Positions 1 through 7,366 of a stretch of DNA of 11,406 nucleotides are shown here, in pieces; position 1 is the first letter of the stretch, and each line of letters opens with the position of its first letter. The translations under genes and the position numbers were made by a program. The notes below the pieces were generated by a model. It had not been told where the DNA came from. It searched no databases and saw only the letters and a program-made list of their open reading frames with translations. Origin of the DNA: Candidatus Cloacimonadota bacterium (GTDB lineage: Bacteria; Cloacimonadota; Cloacimonadia; Cloacimonadales; WRIO01); NCBI GenBank assembly GCA_029564175.1, contig JAKQQL010000065.1, positions 1 through 11,406 on the forward strand, written 5' to 3'.

Positions 1-486
1 AGTTGTGACCTGATTATTTATCCCACTTATATGGATGCGAGTGGAGACAGTTTTGGTTGGAGAACTGCAACAGGAGACTTCAACAATGACGGTATCGCTG
101 ATATTGCAATCGGAGCACCCTGTCTGGATTATTGGAGAGAAGGATATGTCTTTGTCTATGCCGGTAATACCAATATATTGGAGACAACAGTATCTCTGGA
201 TGAGAGCACTCAGCCTGTGCCTAAATTAAGCTTCAAAGCTTATCCCAACCCCTTTAACCCCTATGTGAACTTTGAGATAAAGTCTAAGCAAACCTATAAA
301 AGACTCAGTATAGAGATTTACAACATCAAAGGGCAGAAGGTTGAGACCATTAATCTGGAATCAAGTCAAAGAAAGACCGGTCAGGTGGAATGGAAGACAG
401 AACATCTCAGTTCAGGCATCTATCTCTGCCACCTGAAATCAGGGCAAGAGATTCTGAGTACCCGGAAAATTAGTCTGATCAAATAG
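1..486 (+). CDS. 5'-truncated FG-GAP repeat protein with C-terminal secretion-system (T9SS type A/Por-like) sorting domain
   Basis: Frame 1 is open from base 1 (SCDLIIYPTY precedes the ATG at 31), so the gene starts upstream of the window. FG-GAP repeat: SFGWRTATGDFNNDGIADIAIGAP...GYVFVYAG. C-terminal domain: AYPNPFNP...IEIYNIKGQKV...SSGIYLCHL...RKISLIK, then TAG at 484-486. Confidence 0.85.
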   Translation, partial: SCDLIIYPTYMDASGDSFGWRTATGDFNNDGIADIAIGAPCLDYWREGYVFVYAGNTNILETTVSLDESTQPVPKLSFKAYPNPFNPYVNFEIKSKQTYKRLSIEIYNIKGQKVETINLESSQRKTGQVEWKTEHLSSGIYLCHLKSGQEILSTRKISLIK

Positions 487-522
487 GAAGATCAAAATAG
501 TTTGTTCGAAAATCAGGCAGTT

Positions 523-828
523 TGCCATATTGTTTTCTACGAAGAACACAGGGCTGACGCCCCTTAAAAACGGTTTTCTTTCAATCTTTCTACGAAGAAC
601 ACAGGGCTGACGCCCCTGAATCGGTATGCCATATTGTTTTCTACGAAGATCACAGGGCTGACGCCCCTTAAACGGTTTTCTTTCAATCTTTCTACGAAGA
701 ACACAGGGCTGACGCCCCTTAAAACGGTATTCTTTCAATCTTTCTACGAAGATCACAGGGCTGACACCCCTGAAAACGGTTTTCTTTTTATCTTTCTACG
801 AAGATCACAGGGCTGACGCCCCTGAATC
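523..828. repeat. Tandem array of six 31-bp hairpin-containing cores (REP-like), period 51-53 bp
   Basis: Core TTTCTACGAAGA(A/T)CACAGGGCTGAC(G/A)CCCCT starts at 534, 587, 638, 689, 741 and 793. Linkers of 20-22 bp fall into two recurring types: (t/g)aaa(a)cggt(t/a)ttcttt(ca/tt)atc (4 copies) and gaatcggtatgccatattgt (1 full copy, plus partial copies at both array ends). Each core holds the imperfect hairpin AGGGC-TGAC-GCCCCT. Confidence 0.95.
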
Positions 829-1013
829 TGATTAAATACATTCTCCGCGTGAGATTTTCAATAATTACAGAACCAGATGATTCAGAACTTTAGAAGTTTG
901 TTAAAAAAGATAATATCAATAAAAAGACTTTTCTACAGGATAGATAAGAGAATCTAATGAGAAATAATTTGTTTTTTAAAAGCATTTGAGTATCTTATCA
1001 TCAAGAGGTATGA

Positions 1014-1589
1014 ATGAAAGTAATCATTAATCAGAGAAATCATGATTTTCCCAAAAAGGCAGGTGACCTGAATCTTGCCTGGTATGCGAATGGTCTGGTC
1101 TGTATTGCCAGAAAGCCGGTTGAAAGGAAAGTTCAGAAGCAGAATCATTCGATCATTTGCATCAATTTTCTTAGTAAAACCTTATGGGATGAGCTAGATG
1201 CTTTATTTAAGAAAGATCTGGCGATTTATGCAAGGGCTTACAAACATAGATATCCTTCACTCAGAAAAAGAGGGGTATCATCTTATGCCGTGTTTCTTAT
1301 GATCATTCATGCACTTATCAAACGCTTTTCTCTGAATACAGAAAATCAGGATCAATGTCTGAATCTGCTCAGAACCCTTTTGAGCCACTTATCTGTTCAG
1401 AAAGCAGTACAAAACAAACTCTTAAAAACTGTCAAAAATCATTATCGCCTGAACAGCAGTCCTTTTTCATACTTAAAGCAGGATCATCTGAATCCAAAAC
1501 CATACAAAATTCAACATATTGCCCTATATACTCTTAGAATGGAGGAAAATATGAAATCTCACAGGTATGGGGAGAAGAGAATCATTTAA
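1014..1589 (+). CDS. Hypothetical basic protein (191 aa), resembling a conserved hypothetical family I recall from Cloacimonadota
   Basis: 191-aa Lys/Arg-rich ORF with GAGGT at 1005-1009 before the ATG. Pattern MKV...LVCIARK...QN...LW..L....KKDL..YA...SSYAVF...SVQKAV...LL..V. The family assignment is from memory, not from a search. Confidence 0.75.
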   Translation: MKVIINQRNHDFPKKAGDLNLAWYANGLVCIARKPVERKVQKQNHSIICINFLSKTLWDELDALFKKDLAIYARAYKHRYPSLRKRGVSSYAVFLMIIHALIKRFSLNTENQDQCLNLLRTLLSHLSVQKAVQNKLLKTVKNHYRLNSSPFSYLKQDHLNPKPYKIQHIALYTLRMEENMKSHRYGEKRII

Positions 1590-1611
1590 AATTTAAGAAT
1601 TCATTTTGTAT

Positions 1612-1639
1612 TTGACAAAAAATTAAATCCGTAAAACAT
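1612..1639 (+). promoter_or_regulatory. Possible sigma70-type promoter for the phosphodiesterase gene
   Basis: Perfect TTGACA at 1612-1617. The -10 candidate AAACAT (1634-1639, 16-bp spacer) is weak. Confidence 0.3.
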
Positions 1640-1664
1640 GGCTATATGAATGGGGGAACTATTG

Positions 1665-2819
1665 ATGAATAAGCCCGAATACCAGAGCAACAGTATTGTA
1701 AACCTAATGAGCAGCATACTCAATGCATTTAACTGTGAAAATAATTATGCCCCTTTAAGCAGATTTGATATTGATCTGAACAAATATCAGCATATCGTTT
1801 GTATGGTGGTTGACGGATTAGGTTACAACTTTCTTAAAAAACACAATAACAGTTTTTTACATCAACATTTAAAACAAAAAATTACATCTGTTTTTCCTAC
1901 AACAACTGCCAGCGCAGTAACGGCTTTTCTTACGGCACAGGCACCTTTACAACATGGCTTAACCGGTTGGTACATGTATTTCAAAGAGTTAGCAACAGCT
2001 GGTGTCTCTTTACCTTTTCAACCTAGATTTTCTAAAAAATCTTTTGATGAAATGGAGATCATTCCTTCTGAGGTCTTTAATCATGAAAACGCTTTTGATA
2101 AAAACAACATTTCATATACAATGGTATTGCCTAATTCTACGATAGATTCAGCGTACTCAAAGCATAGTGCCAAAAACAGACTGGGTTATGAAAACCACCA
2201 TGATTTCTTTCAGGTACTAGACAGAAATCTGGCAAAACAAAAAAGTAATATTACAAGCAGTCAAAATATGATTTTAGCCTATTATCCCTATCTGGATGAA
2301 TTTGGTCATATTTATGGTATCAATTCTCAAAACTGTTCTGACTTGTTTAGCAAAATTGACTACGATTTTAGAAAACTCACTGAAAAATACCTGTCAGATG
2401 ATACCCTTTTTATTATAACAGCAGATCACGGATTAGTTGATATTCTACCCGAGAAAAAACTAAAAGTCAGCGATTATCCTAAAATAGCGAATGCTCTGAT
2501 TTTACCTCTATGCGGTGAAGGACGTGTGCCATTTTGCTATGTTCGTCCTTCAAAAGCAAAGGCATTTGAAGCATTTGTTCAAAATGAATTTTCAGAATAT
2601 TGTACCATGATGACTCTGGAACAAGCACTTGATGAGAATCTGTTTGGACTGGGTGAAATGAACGCCAAATTTACAGATCGTATCGGCGATTACATCCTTT
2701 TTATGAAAGAAGGCTATATCCTCACAGATCCGTTAGTTAACGAAAAACAGCATCCTTTCAATGGCTATCATGGAGGACTATCAGAAGACGAGCTTTATGT
2801 CCCACTGATCATATTATAA
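1665..2819 (+). CDS. Alkaline phosphatase superfamily protein (type I phosphodiesterase/nucleotide pyrophosphatase)
   Basis: Motifs VVDGLG, SVFPTTT (Thr nucleophile), LDEFGH, ITADHG and GYHGG...VPL. The track starts at ATG 1650, but GGGGGA at 1652-1657 sits 7 nt before ATG 1665, which favours 1665. No signal peptide is apparent. Confidence 0.9.
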   Translation: MNKPEYQSNSIVNLMSSILNAFNCENNYAPLSRFDIDLNKYQHIVCMVVDGLGYNFLKKHNNSFLHQHLKQKITSVFPTTTASAVTAFLTAQAPLQHGLTGWYMYFKELATAGVSLPFQPRFSKKSFDEMEIIPSEVFNHENAFDKNNISYTMVLPNSTIDSAYSKHSAKNRLGYENHHDFFQVLDRNLAKQKSNITSSQNMILAYYPYLDEFGHIYGINSQNCSDLFSKIDYDFRKLTEKYLSDDTLFIITADHGLVDILPEKKLKVSDYPKIANALILPLCGEGRVPFCYVRPSKAKAFEAFVQNEFSEYCTMMTLEQALDENLFGLGEMNAKFTDRIGDYILFMKEGYILTDPLVNEKQHPFNGYHGGLSEDELYVPLIIL

Positions 2820-2837
2820 TATCTTATCTAACTATAT

Positions 2838-2865
2838 AAGAGCAGGTTATAAACCTGCTCTTTTT
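2838..2865 (+). terminator. Rho-independent terminator
   Basis: Perfect inverted repeat AAGAGCAGGTT-ATA-AACCTGCTCTT (2838-2862) running into a T tract, about 20 nt after the stop at 2819. Confidence 0.85.
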
Positions 2866-2986
2866 GTATTTTTATTAAGAAAAATCTATTTGAAAATGAC
2901 ATTTTATACTTCACAAAAGGGATAAATTTCAAGTAAAATCCCTAATCGTTTATTTAAGAACTGATTATAAAAATATGAAAAAAAGT

Positions 2987-3014
2987 TTGACAAGATACTA
3001 AGTATTTGCAGAAT
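2987..3014 (+). promoter_or_regulatory. Possible sigma70-type promoter for nrdDG
   Basis: TTGACA at 2987-2992 preceded by an A tract (UP-element-like), with CAGAAT at 3009-3014 (16-bp spacer). Confidence 0.4.
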
Positions 3015-3165
3015 AAGTGTTAAGTCAAATATATATTAAAAATCCAATATTTTGCAAAATAATGATAATAGTTTGACTTACAATAAGATAGTGAATTCTT
3101 CATAAAAAAGAAAAAAAAGATTAAATACAGTGATATGGGCTTATGGGGCCAGTTAGGAGATTTTA

Positions 3166-5289
3166 ATGTTTAACAGCATTCTTAAGCGGAACATGCAAAC
3201 CGTTCCATTTGATATTGAGAAAATCAGCAACGCCATTGCTAAAGCAGGCAAAGCGACAGGAGAATTTGATCAGGATATTGCGAAAAAATTATCATTCAGA
3301 GTATTAAATCTGGCAGAACAGGTAATAAAATCAGACACAGCGACTGTCGAAGAAATTCAGGATATCGTTGAAGAAGTATTAATTGCTAGCCCCTACAAAA
3401 AAACAGCAAAGGCATATATTCTATACCGCGATCAGCACGCTAAAATCAGAGAAATTGTCTCAAAAGCAGAAGTGAAACTGATTGATCAGTATCTTGAAAA
3501 ACTTGACTGGCAGGTAAAAGAAAACAGTAATATGGCTTACTCGCTGCAAGGATTAAATAACTATATTGCATCAGAAGTATCCAAAACCTACTGGTTAAAC
3601 AAGATTTACCCGCCTGAAATTAAAGAAGCTCATTTATCAGGTGATCTTCATGTTCATGATTTGGGGATGATCTCTGTCTATTGTGTAGGCTGGGATTTAA
3701 TGAGTCTTCTGTTAGTTGGATTTAAAGGGGCTGAGGGTAAAATCGAATCTGGTCCTGCAAAGCATTTCAGAAGCGCTTTAGGTCAGATTGTTAATTTTTT
3801 CTATACTCTTCAGGGTGAAGCAGCTGGTGCTCAGGCATTCTCCAGTTTTGACACCTTACTGGCTCCTTTTATTCGTTATGACCAGTTATCCTATAAAGAA
3901 GTGAAACAGGCAATGCAGGAATTCATATTCAATATGAATGTGCCTACACGTGTCGGTTTTCAGACACCTTTTACCAATATTACTTTGGATTTGACAGTTC
4001 CATCAATCTATAAAAACCAGCCAGTCATTATCGGTGGACAGCCACAAGAAAATACTTATGAAGATTATCAGACAGAAATGAATATGATAAACAAAGCCTT
4101 TCTTGAAATCATGTCAGAAGGAGATGCGAAGGGCAGAGTATTTACTTTCCCAATTCCTACTTACAACATTACCAAAGACTTTGACTGGGATAATCAAAAT
4201 CTCGATTTCTTATGGGAATCAACCATTAAATATGGTATCCCCTATTTCTCTAACTTCATCAATTCTGATATGAAACCAGAAGATGCACGCTCCATGTGCT
4301 GTCGTCTCAGACTGGATACCAGAAAGCTGGAAGCGCGTGGTGGCGGTCTGTTTGGAGCAAATCCACTCACCGGTTCTATTGGCGTCGTAACAGTTAATCT
4401 GCCACGCATTGCATGGTTGGCTGAAAATAAAGAAGACTTCTTTAACAGATTAAGTGATCAGATGATAATTGCCCGTAACTCTCTGGAAATTAAAAGAAAA
4501 GTGCTTGAAAACTTCACGGAATACAATCTCTATCCCTATACAAAATTCTACCTGGCATCAGTGAAAGAAAGATTTGATCAGTACTGGAAAAATCATTTCT
4601 CAACCATCGGCCTTGTTGGCATGAACGAAGCAGCAATCAATCTCCTCAATACCGACATTGGTACCGAAGCAGGTCAGGCATTTGCAATTGAAGTGCTTGA
4701 ATTTATGAGAGACAAACTGATTGATTTCCAGGAAGAAACAGGCAATAATTACAATCTGGAAGCAACTCCGGCTGAAGGGACCTCCTACCGTCTGGCAAGA
4801 CTGGATAAAGCAAAATACCCAGAAATCAGGGTGGCAAATGAACTGGCTTACAATCAGGGGATCAGAAGTGATGTCGAAGATCAGGCACAGATTGAACCTT
4901 TTTATACCAATTCCTCACAGTTACCAGTAAATTATACCGACGATATCTTTGAAGTACTCGATATACAAGATCCAATTCAAACCAAATATACCGGTGGCAC
5001 AGTCATTCATATCTTCTGTGGTGAACAAATCAGTGAAATTGGCAGTATGAAAAATCTGGTGAAAAAGATTTGTTCAAACTACCATCTGCCCTATTTTACC
5101 TTTAGCCCTACATTTAGTGTCTGCCAAAGCCATGGCTATCTGCCAGGTCACCATGAAAACTGCCCCCACTGTAAAGCCAGATGCGAAGTGTATTCACGCG
5201 TAGTTGGTTACTTAAGACCTGTTTCTCAGTGGAATGAAGGCAAACGCGAAGAATTCTATATGAGAAAAACCTTCAAGGTGAACGAATAA
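3166..5289 (+). CDS. nrdD: Anaerobic (class III) ribonucleoside-triphosphate reductase with N-terminal ATP cone
   Basis: ATP cone (ILKRN...FDIEKI..AI.KA...VEEIQDIVEEVL...AKAYILYR). Other motifs: SVYC (C173), SMCCRL (C378/C379), ATPAEG (E537), YTNSS, YTGGT, metal site CQSH-x9-CPHC and glycyl radical motif YSRVVGYLRP (G681). RBS AGGAG at 3155-3159. Confidence 0.97.
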   Translation: MFNSILKRNMQTVPFDIEKISNAIAKAGKATGEFDQDIAKKLSFRVLNLAEQVIKSDTATVEEIQDIVEEVLIASPYKKTAKAYILYRDQHAKIREIVSKAEVKLIDQYLEKLDWQVKENSNMAYSLQGLNNYIASEVSKTYWLNKIYPPEIKEAHLSGDLHVHDLGMISVYCVGWDLMSLLLVGFKGAEGKIESGPAKHFRSALGQIVNFFYTLQGEAAGAQAFSSFDTLLAPFIRYDQLSYKEVKQAMQEFIFNMNVPTRVGFQTPFTNITLDLTVPSIYKNQPVIIGGQPQENTYEDYQTEMNMINKAFLEIMSEGDAKGRVFTFPIPTYNITKDFDWDNQNLDFLWESTIKYGIPYFSNFINSDMKPEDARSMCCRLRLDTRKLEARGGGLFGANPLTGSIGVVTVNLPRIAWLAENKEDFFNRLSDQMIIARNSLEIKRKVLENFTEYNLYPYTKFYLASVKERFDQYWKNHFSTIGLVGMNEAAINLLNTDIGTEAGQAFAIEVLEFMRDKLIDFQEETGNNYNLEATPAEGTSYRLARLDKAKYPEIRVANELAYNQGIRSDVEDQAQIEPFYTNSSQLPVNYTDDIFEVLDIQDPIQTKYTGGTVIHIFCGEQISEIGSMKNLVKKICSNYHLPYFTFSPTFSVCQSHGYLPGHHENCPHCKARCEVYSRVVGYLRPVSQWNEGKREEFYMRKTFKVNE

Positions 5290-5997
5290 ATGAATCATAT
5301 CGTAAAAAGCTTAAAAATAGCCGGATTTCAGAAGTTTTCTCTGATCGACTATCCAGGATACATCTCTGCTATTATTTTTACGCAGGGTTGCAATTTTCGC
5401 TGTCCCTGGTGTCATAATGCAGAGCTGGTTCTACCAGAACAATATGAAAAAGACTTGGAAATTCCGTCTATTTTAAGCTTTTTACAAAAAAGAGCAGGTA
5501 AACTGGATGCAGTAACTATTACCGGTGGTGAGCCTACTTTACATCCTGATTTACCTGCTTTTATTCAGACAATCAAAAGTATGGGTTATAAAATCAAACT
5601 GGACTCAAACGGTTCAAACCCTAAAATGCTCAAATATATCATTGATAATGGGCTTGTTGATTATCTGGCAATGGATATTAAAGCACCTCTTGAAAAATAT
5701 ACAGTTCTGACAGCCTGTCCAATCAACACAGAACATATCATTCAATCAATAGACCTGATTAAACATTCAGGTTTGAATTATGAATTCAGAACGACCTTTA
5801 TCCCTGATCTGATGGAAGAATCTGATATCTATCAGATTCATCGTATGCTGGGTAAAGTCAAGCATTACTATATCCAACACTTTGAATCAAAGAAAACACT
5901 GGTGACGGATTTTCAGGCTGTTACACAGAATCAGGAAGTGGTGTGGAATAGAATCATGGAATACAGCAAAGAATATCCCTGCGTTCATTACAGGTAA
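5290..5997 (+). CDS. nrdG: Anaerobic ribonucleoside-triphosphate reductase activating protein (radical SAM)
   Basis: SLIDYPG...FTQGCNFRCPWCHN (CxxxCxxC), ITGGEPT, KLDSNGS, MDIKAP and YEFRTT. The ATG directly abuts the nrdD TAA. Confidence 0.95.
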   Translation: MNHIVKSLKIAGFQKFSLIDYPGYISAIIFTQGCNFRCPWCHNAELVLPEQYEKDLEIPSILSFLQKRAGKLDAVTITGGEPTLHPDLPAFIQTIKSMGYKIKLDSNGSNPKMLKYIIDNGLVDYLAMDIKAPLEKYTVLTACPINTEHIIQSIDLIKHSGLNYEFRTTFIPDLMEESDIYQIHRMLGKVKHYYIQHFESKKTLVTDFQAVTQNQEVVWNRIMEYSKEYPCVHYR

Positions 5998-6169
5998 ACT
6001 GTTAATTCATATTCTTCATATTTTCTTCTTCTCAAACTATTACAATACACTTCCGTATTATTATCACCTAATTCTCCAAACCCCTCAACCTAAAATTTAA
6101 TTATCAATATTGAATCATCTGACTATCTGTCAATCCCTGATAAAAACTAATAAATTTATAAATTCCTGC

Positions 6170-6199
6170 TTGACAATCTTCACTTTTTTATGACATAGT
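6170..6199 (+). promoter_or_regulatory. Probable sigma70-type promoter for the GH3-cyclase unit
   Basis: TTGACA at 6170-6175, extended -10 TGn-CATAGT (6191-6199, 18-bp spacer), then GGAGG at 6208-6212 before ATG 6217. Confidence 0.5.
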
Positions 6200-6216
6200 A
6201 TATCTCTGGAGGAATT

Positions 6217-7365
6217 ATGAAAAGCTTGAGAGTTAATAATGACTTAAGAAAAGTGAAAATTTTGAAAGGTAAGCAGAAAATGTGGATTGTTTTAATGATT
6301 ATTTTTGTATTGCTAAGCGCTTGCTCAACCAAAGAAGATCAGCAGGATTACACACTTGATACGAAGATTGGTCAAATGTTGATGTTTGGTTTCAGAGGTA
6401 AAGAGGTTAATGAAGAATGGGTACAGGCAATTCATAGTCAGATCAGCCAGTATCATCTTGGGGGCATTCTTGTATTAGGTTACAATGTACGTTCTCCACA
6501 ACAGACAGATTCATTGATGACTTTTCTACATAGTGCACCTCAGCAGTTTCCTGTTTTGTTTGCTATTGATCAGGAAGGCGGACTGGTACAACGATTAAGC
6601 AAAAGCAAGGGGTTTACAGGATTTCCTTCTGCTCAGAAAGTTGCAGACAGTCTTTCTGTTGAAGAGGCTTATGAAATGTACAGAGATCTTGCCAAAGAAT
6701 GTAAAGATTATGGTTTTAACTATATACTGGCGCCGGTTGTAGATGTAAATGTAAATCCTGAATCACCAGCAATTGGTGCATTGGGACGCAGTTTTTCATC
6801 CAATCCGGCAATTGTATCTTCTTATGCAGGTGCTTTTATTCAGGCAATAGAAAAAGAAGGATTATTATCCTGTTTAAAACATTTTCCAGGACATGGGAGT
6901 GCAAATACAGATTCTCATCAGGGTCTGACTGATGTCACACAAACCTGGCAACCTTATGAGCTGGATCCTTACACGACTCTCATTGGTCAGGGGCTTGCCC
7001 GTTCTATCATGTCTGCCCATATTTATCATGCAGGAGTGGATAGTATTTATCCGGCATCATTATCTTACCAACATATTCAGATGAAACTCAGAACAGAGAT
7101 GAATTACAATGGCGTTGTCATCTCTGACGACCTTCAGATGGGCGCAATTAACAACTATTATACTTTAGAACAAATAGTCATTCAGGCGATTAAATCAGGT
7201 AGTGATATTTTGATTTTCTCACAGTATTTCAATCCAGATCAGAATTTACCTGCCCAGGTAATCAATATTATCAAAAGTGCCATCACAAGTGGAGAAATTT
7301 CAGAAGAAAGAATCAATCAGAGTTTTAACCGAATTATTAAAATGAAACAAAGGATTAAATCATAA
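6217..7365 (+). CDS. Glycoside hydrolase family 3 (NagZ-like beta-N-acetylglucosaminidase), single domain, predicted lipoprotein
   Basis: KIGQMLMFGF, AIDQEGGLVQRL, LAPVVDV, RSFS, KHFPGHGSANTDSH (NagZ-type signature with Asp-His dyad), IMSAH and VVISDDLQM (nucleophile Asp). A basic n-region, hydrophobic stretch and lipobox LSAC (Cys36, 6322-6324) indicate a lipoprotein. Confidence 0.9.
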   Translation: MKSLRVNNDLRKVKILKGKQKMWIVLMIIFVLLSACSTKEDQQDYTLDTKIGQMLMFGFRGKEVNEEWVQAIHSQISQYHLGGILVLGYNVRSPQQTDSLMTFLHSAPQQFPVLFAIDQEGGLVQRLSKSKGFTGFPSAQKVADSLSVEEAYEMYRDLAKECKDYGFNYILAPVVDVNVNPESPAIGALGRSFSSNPAIVSSYAGAFIQAIEKEGLLSCLKHFPGHGSANTDSHQGLTDVTQTWQPYELDPYTTLIGQGLARSIMSAHIYHAGVDSIYPASLSYQHIQMKLRTEMNYNGVVISDDLQMGAINNYYTLEQIVIQAIKSGSDILIFSQYFNPDQNLPAQVINIIKSAITSGEISEERINQSFNRIIKMKQRIKS

Positions 7366-7366
7366 A

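Noticed and set aside
439..816. ORFs 439..756 (-) and 634..816 (+) with repetitive peptides
   Set aside because: They are by-products of the DNA repeat. Unit lengths of 51-53 bp shift the frame between copies, no RBS is apparent, and one overlaps the upstream gene.
534..823. CRISPR array (31-bp repeats with 20-22-bp spacers), or a TIGR-like guide array
   Set aside because: The spacers are short and are near-copies of each other in two types. There is no cas gene or Nop-domain gene in the window, and no unique guide segments.
3089..3105. Rex-like operator TAGTGAA-ttc-TTCATAA upstream of nrdD
   Set aside because: The spacer is 3 nt rather than the 4 nt of the Rex consensus and both arms are mismatched, so it is plausible by chance in AT-rich DNA.
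3166..5289. Intein or group I/II intron in nrdD, a common insertion hotspot
   Set aside because: The ORF is continuous, of normal length (707 aa), with normally spaced motifs and no splicing or homing-endonuclease signature.
35..5710. Short track ORFs 35..229, 954..1148, 1355..1537, 4721..4930 and 5525..5710
   Set aside because: They overlap better-supported genes in other frames or on the other strand and show no recognisable motifs.
5988..6089. 33-codon open stretch on the minus strand (VEGFGELGDNN...TVYL)
   Set aside because: It is preceded immediately by an in-frame TAG, has no ATG and no well-placed RBS for the internal GTG, and overlaps the nrdG end.
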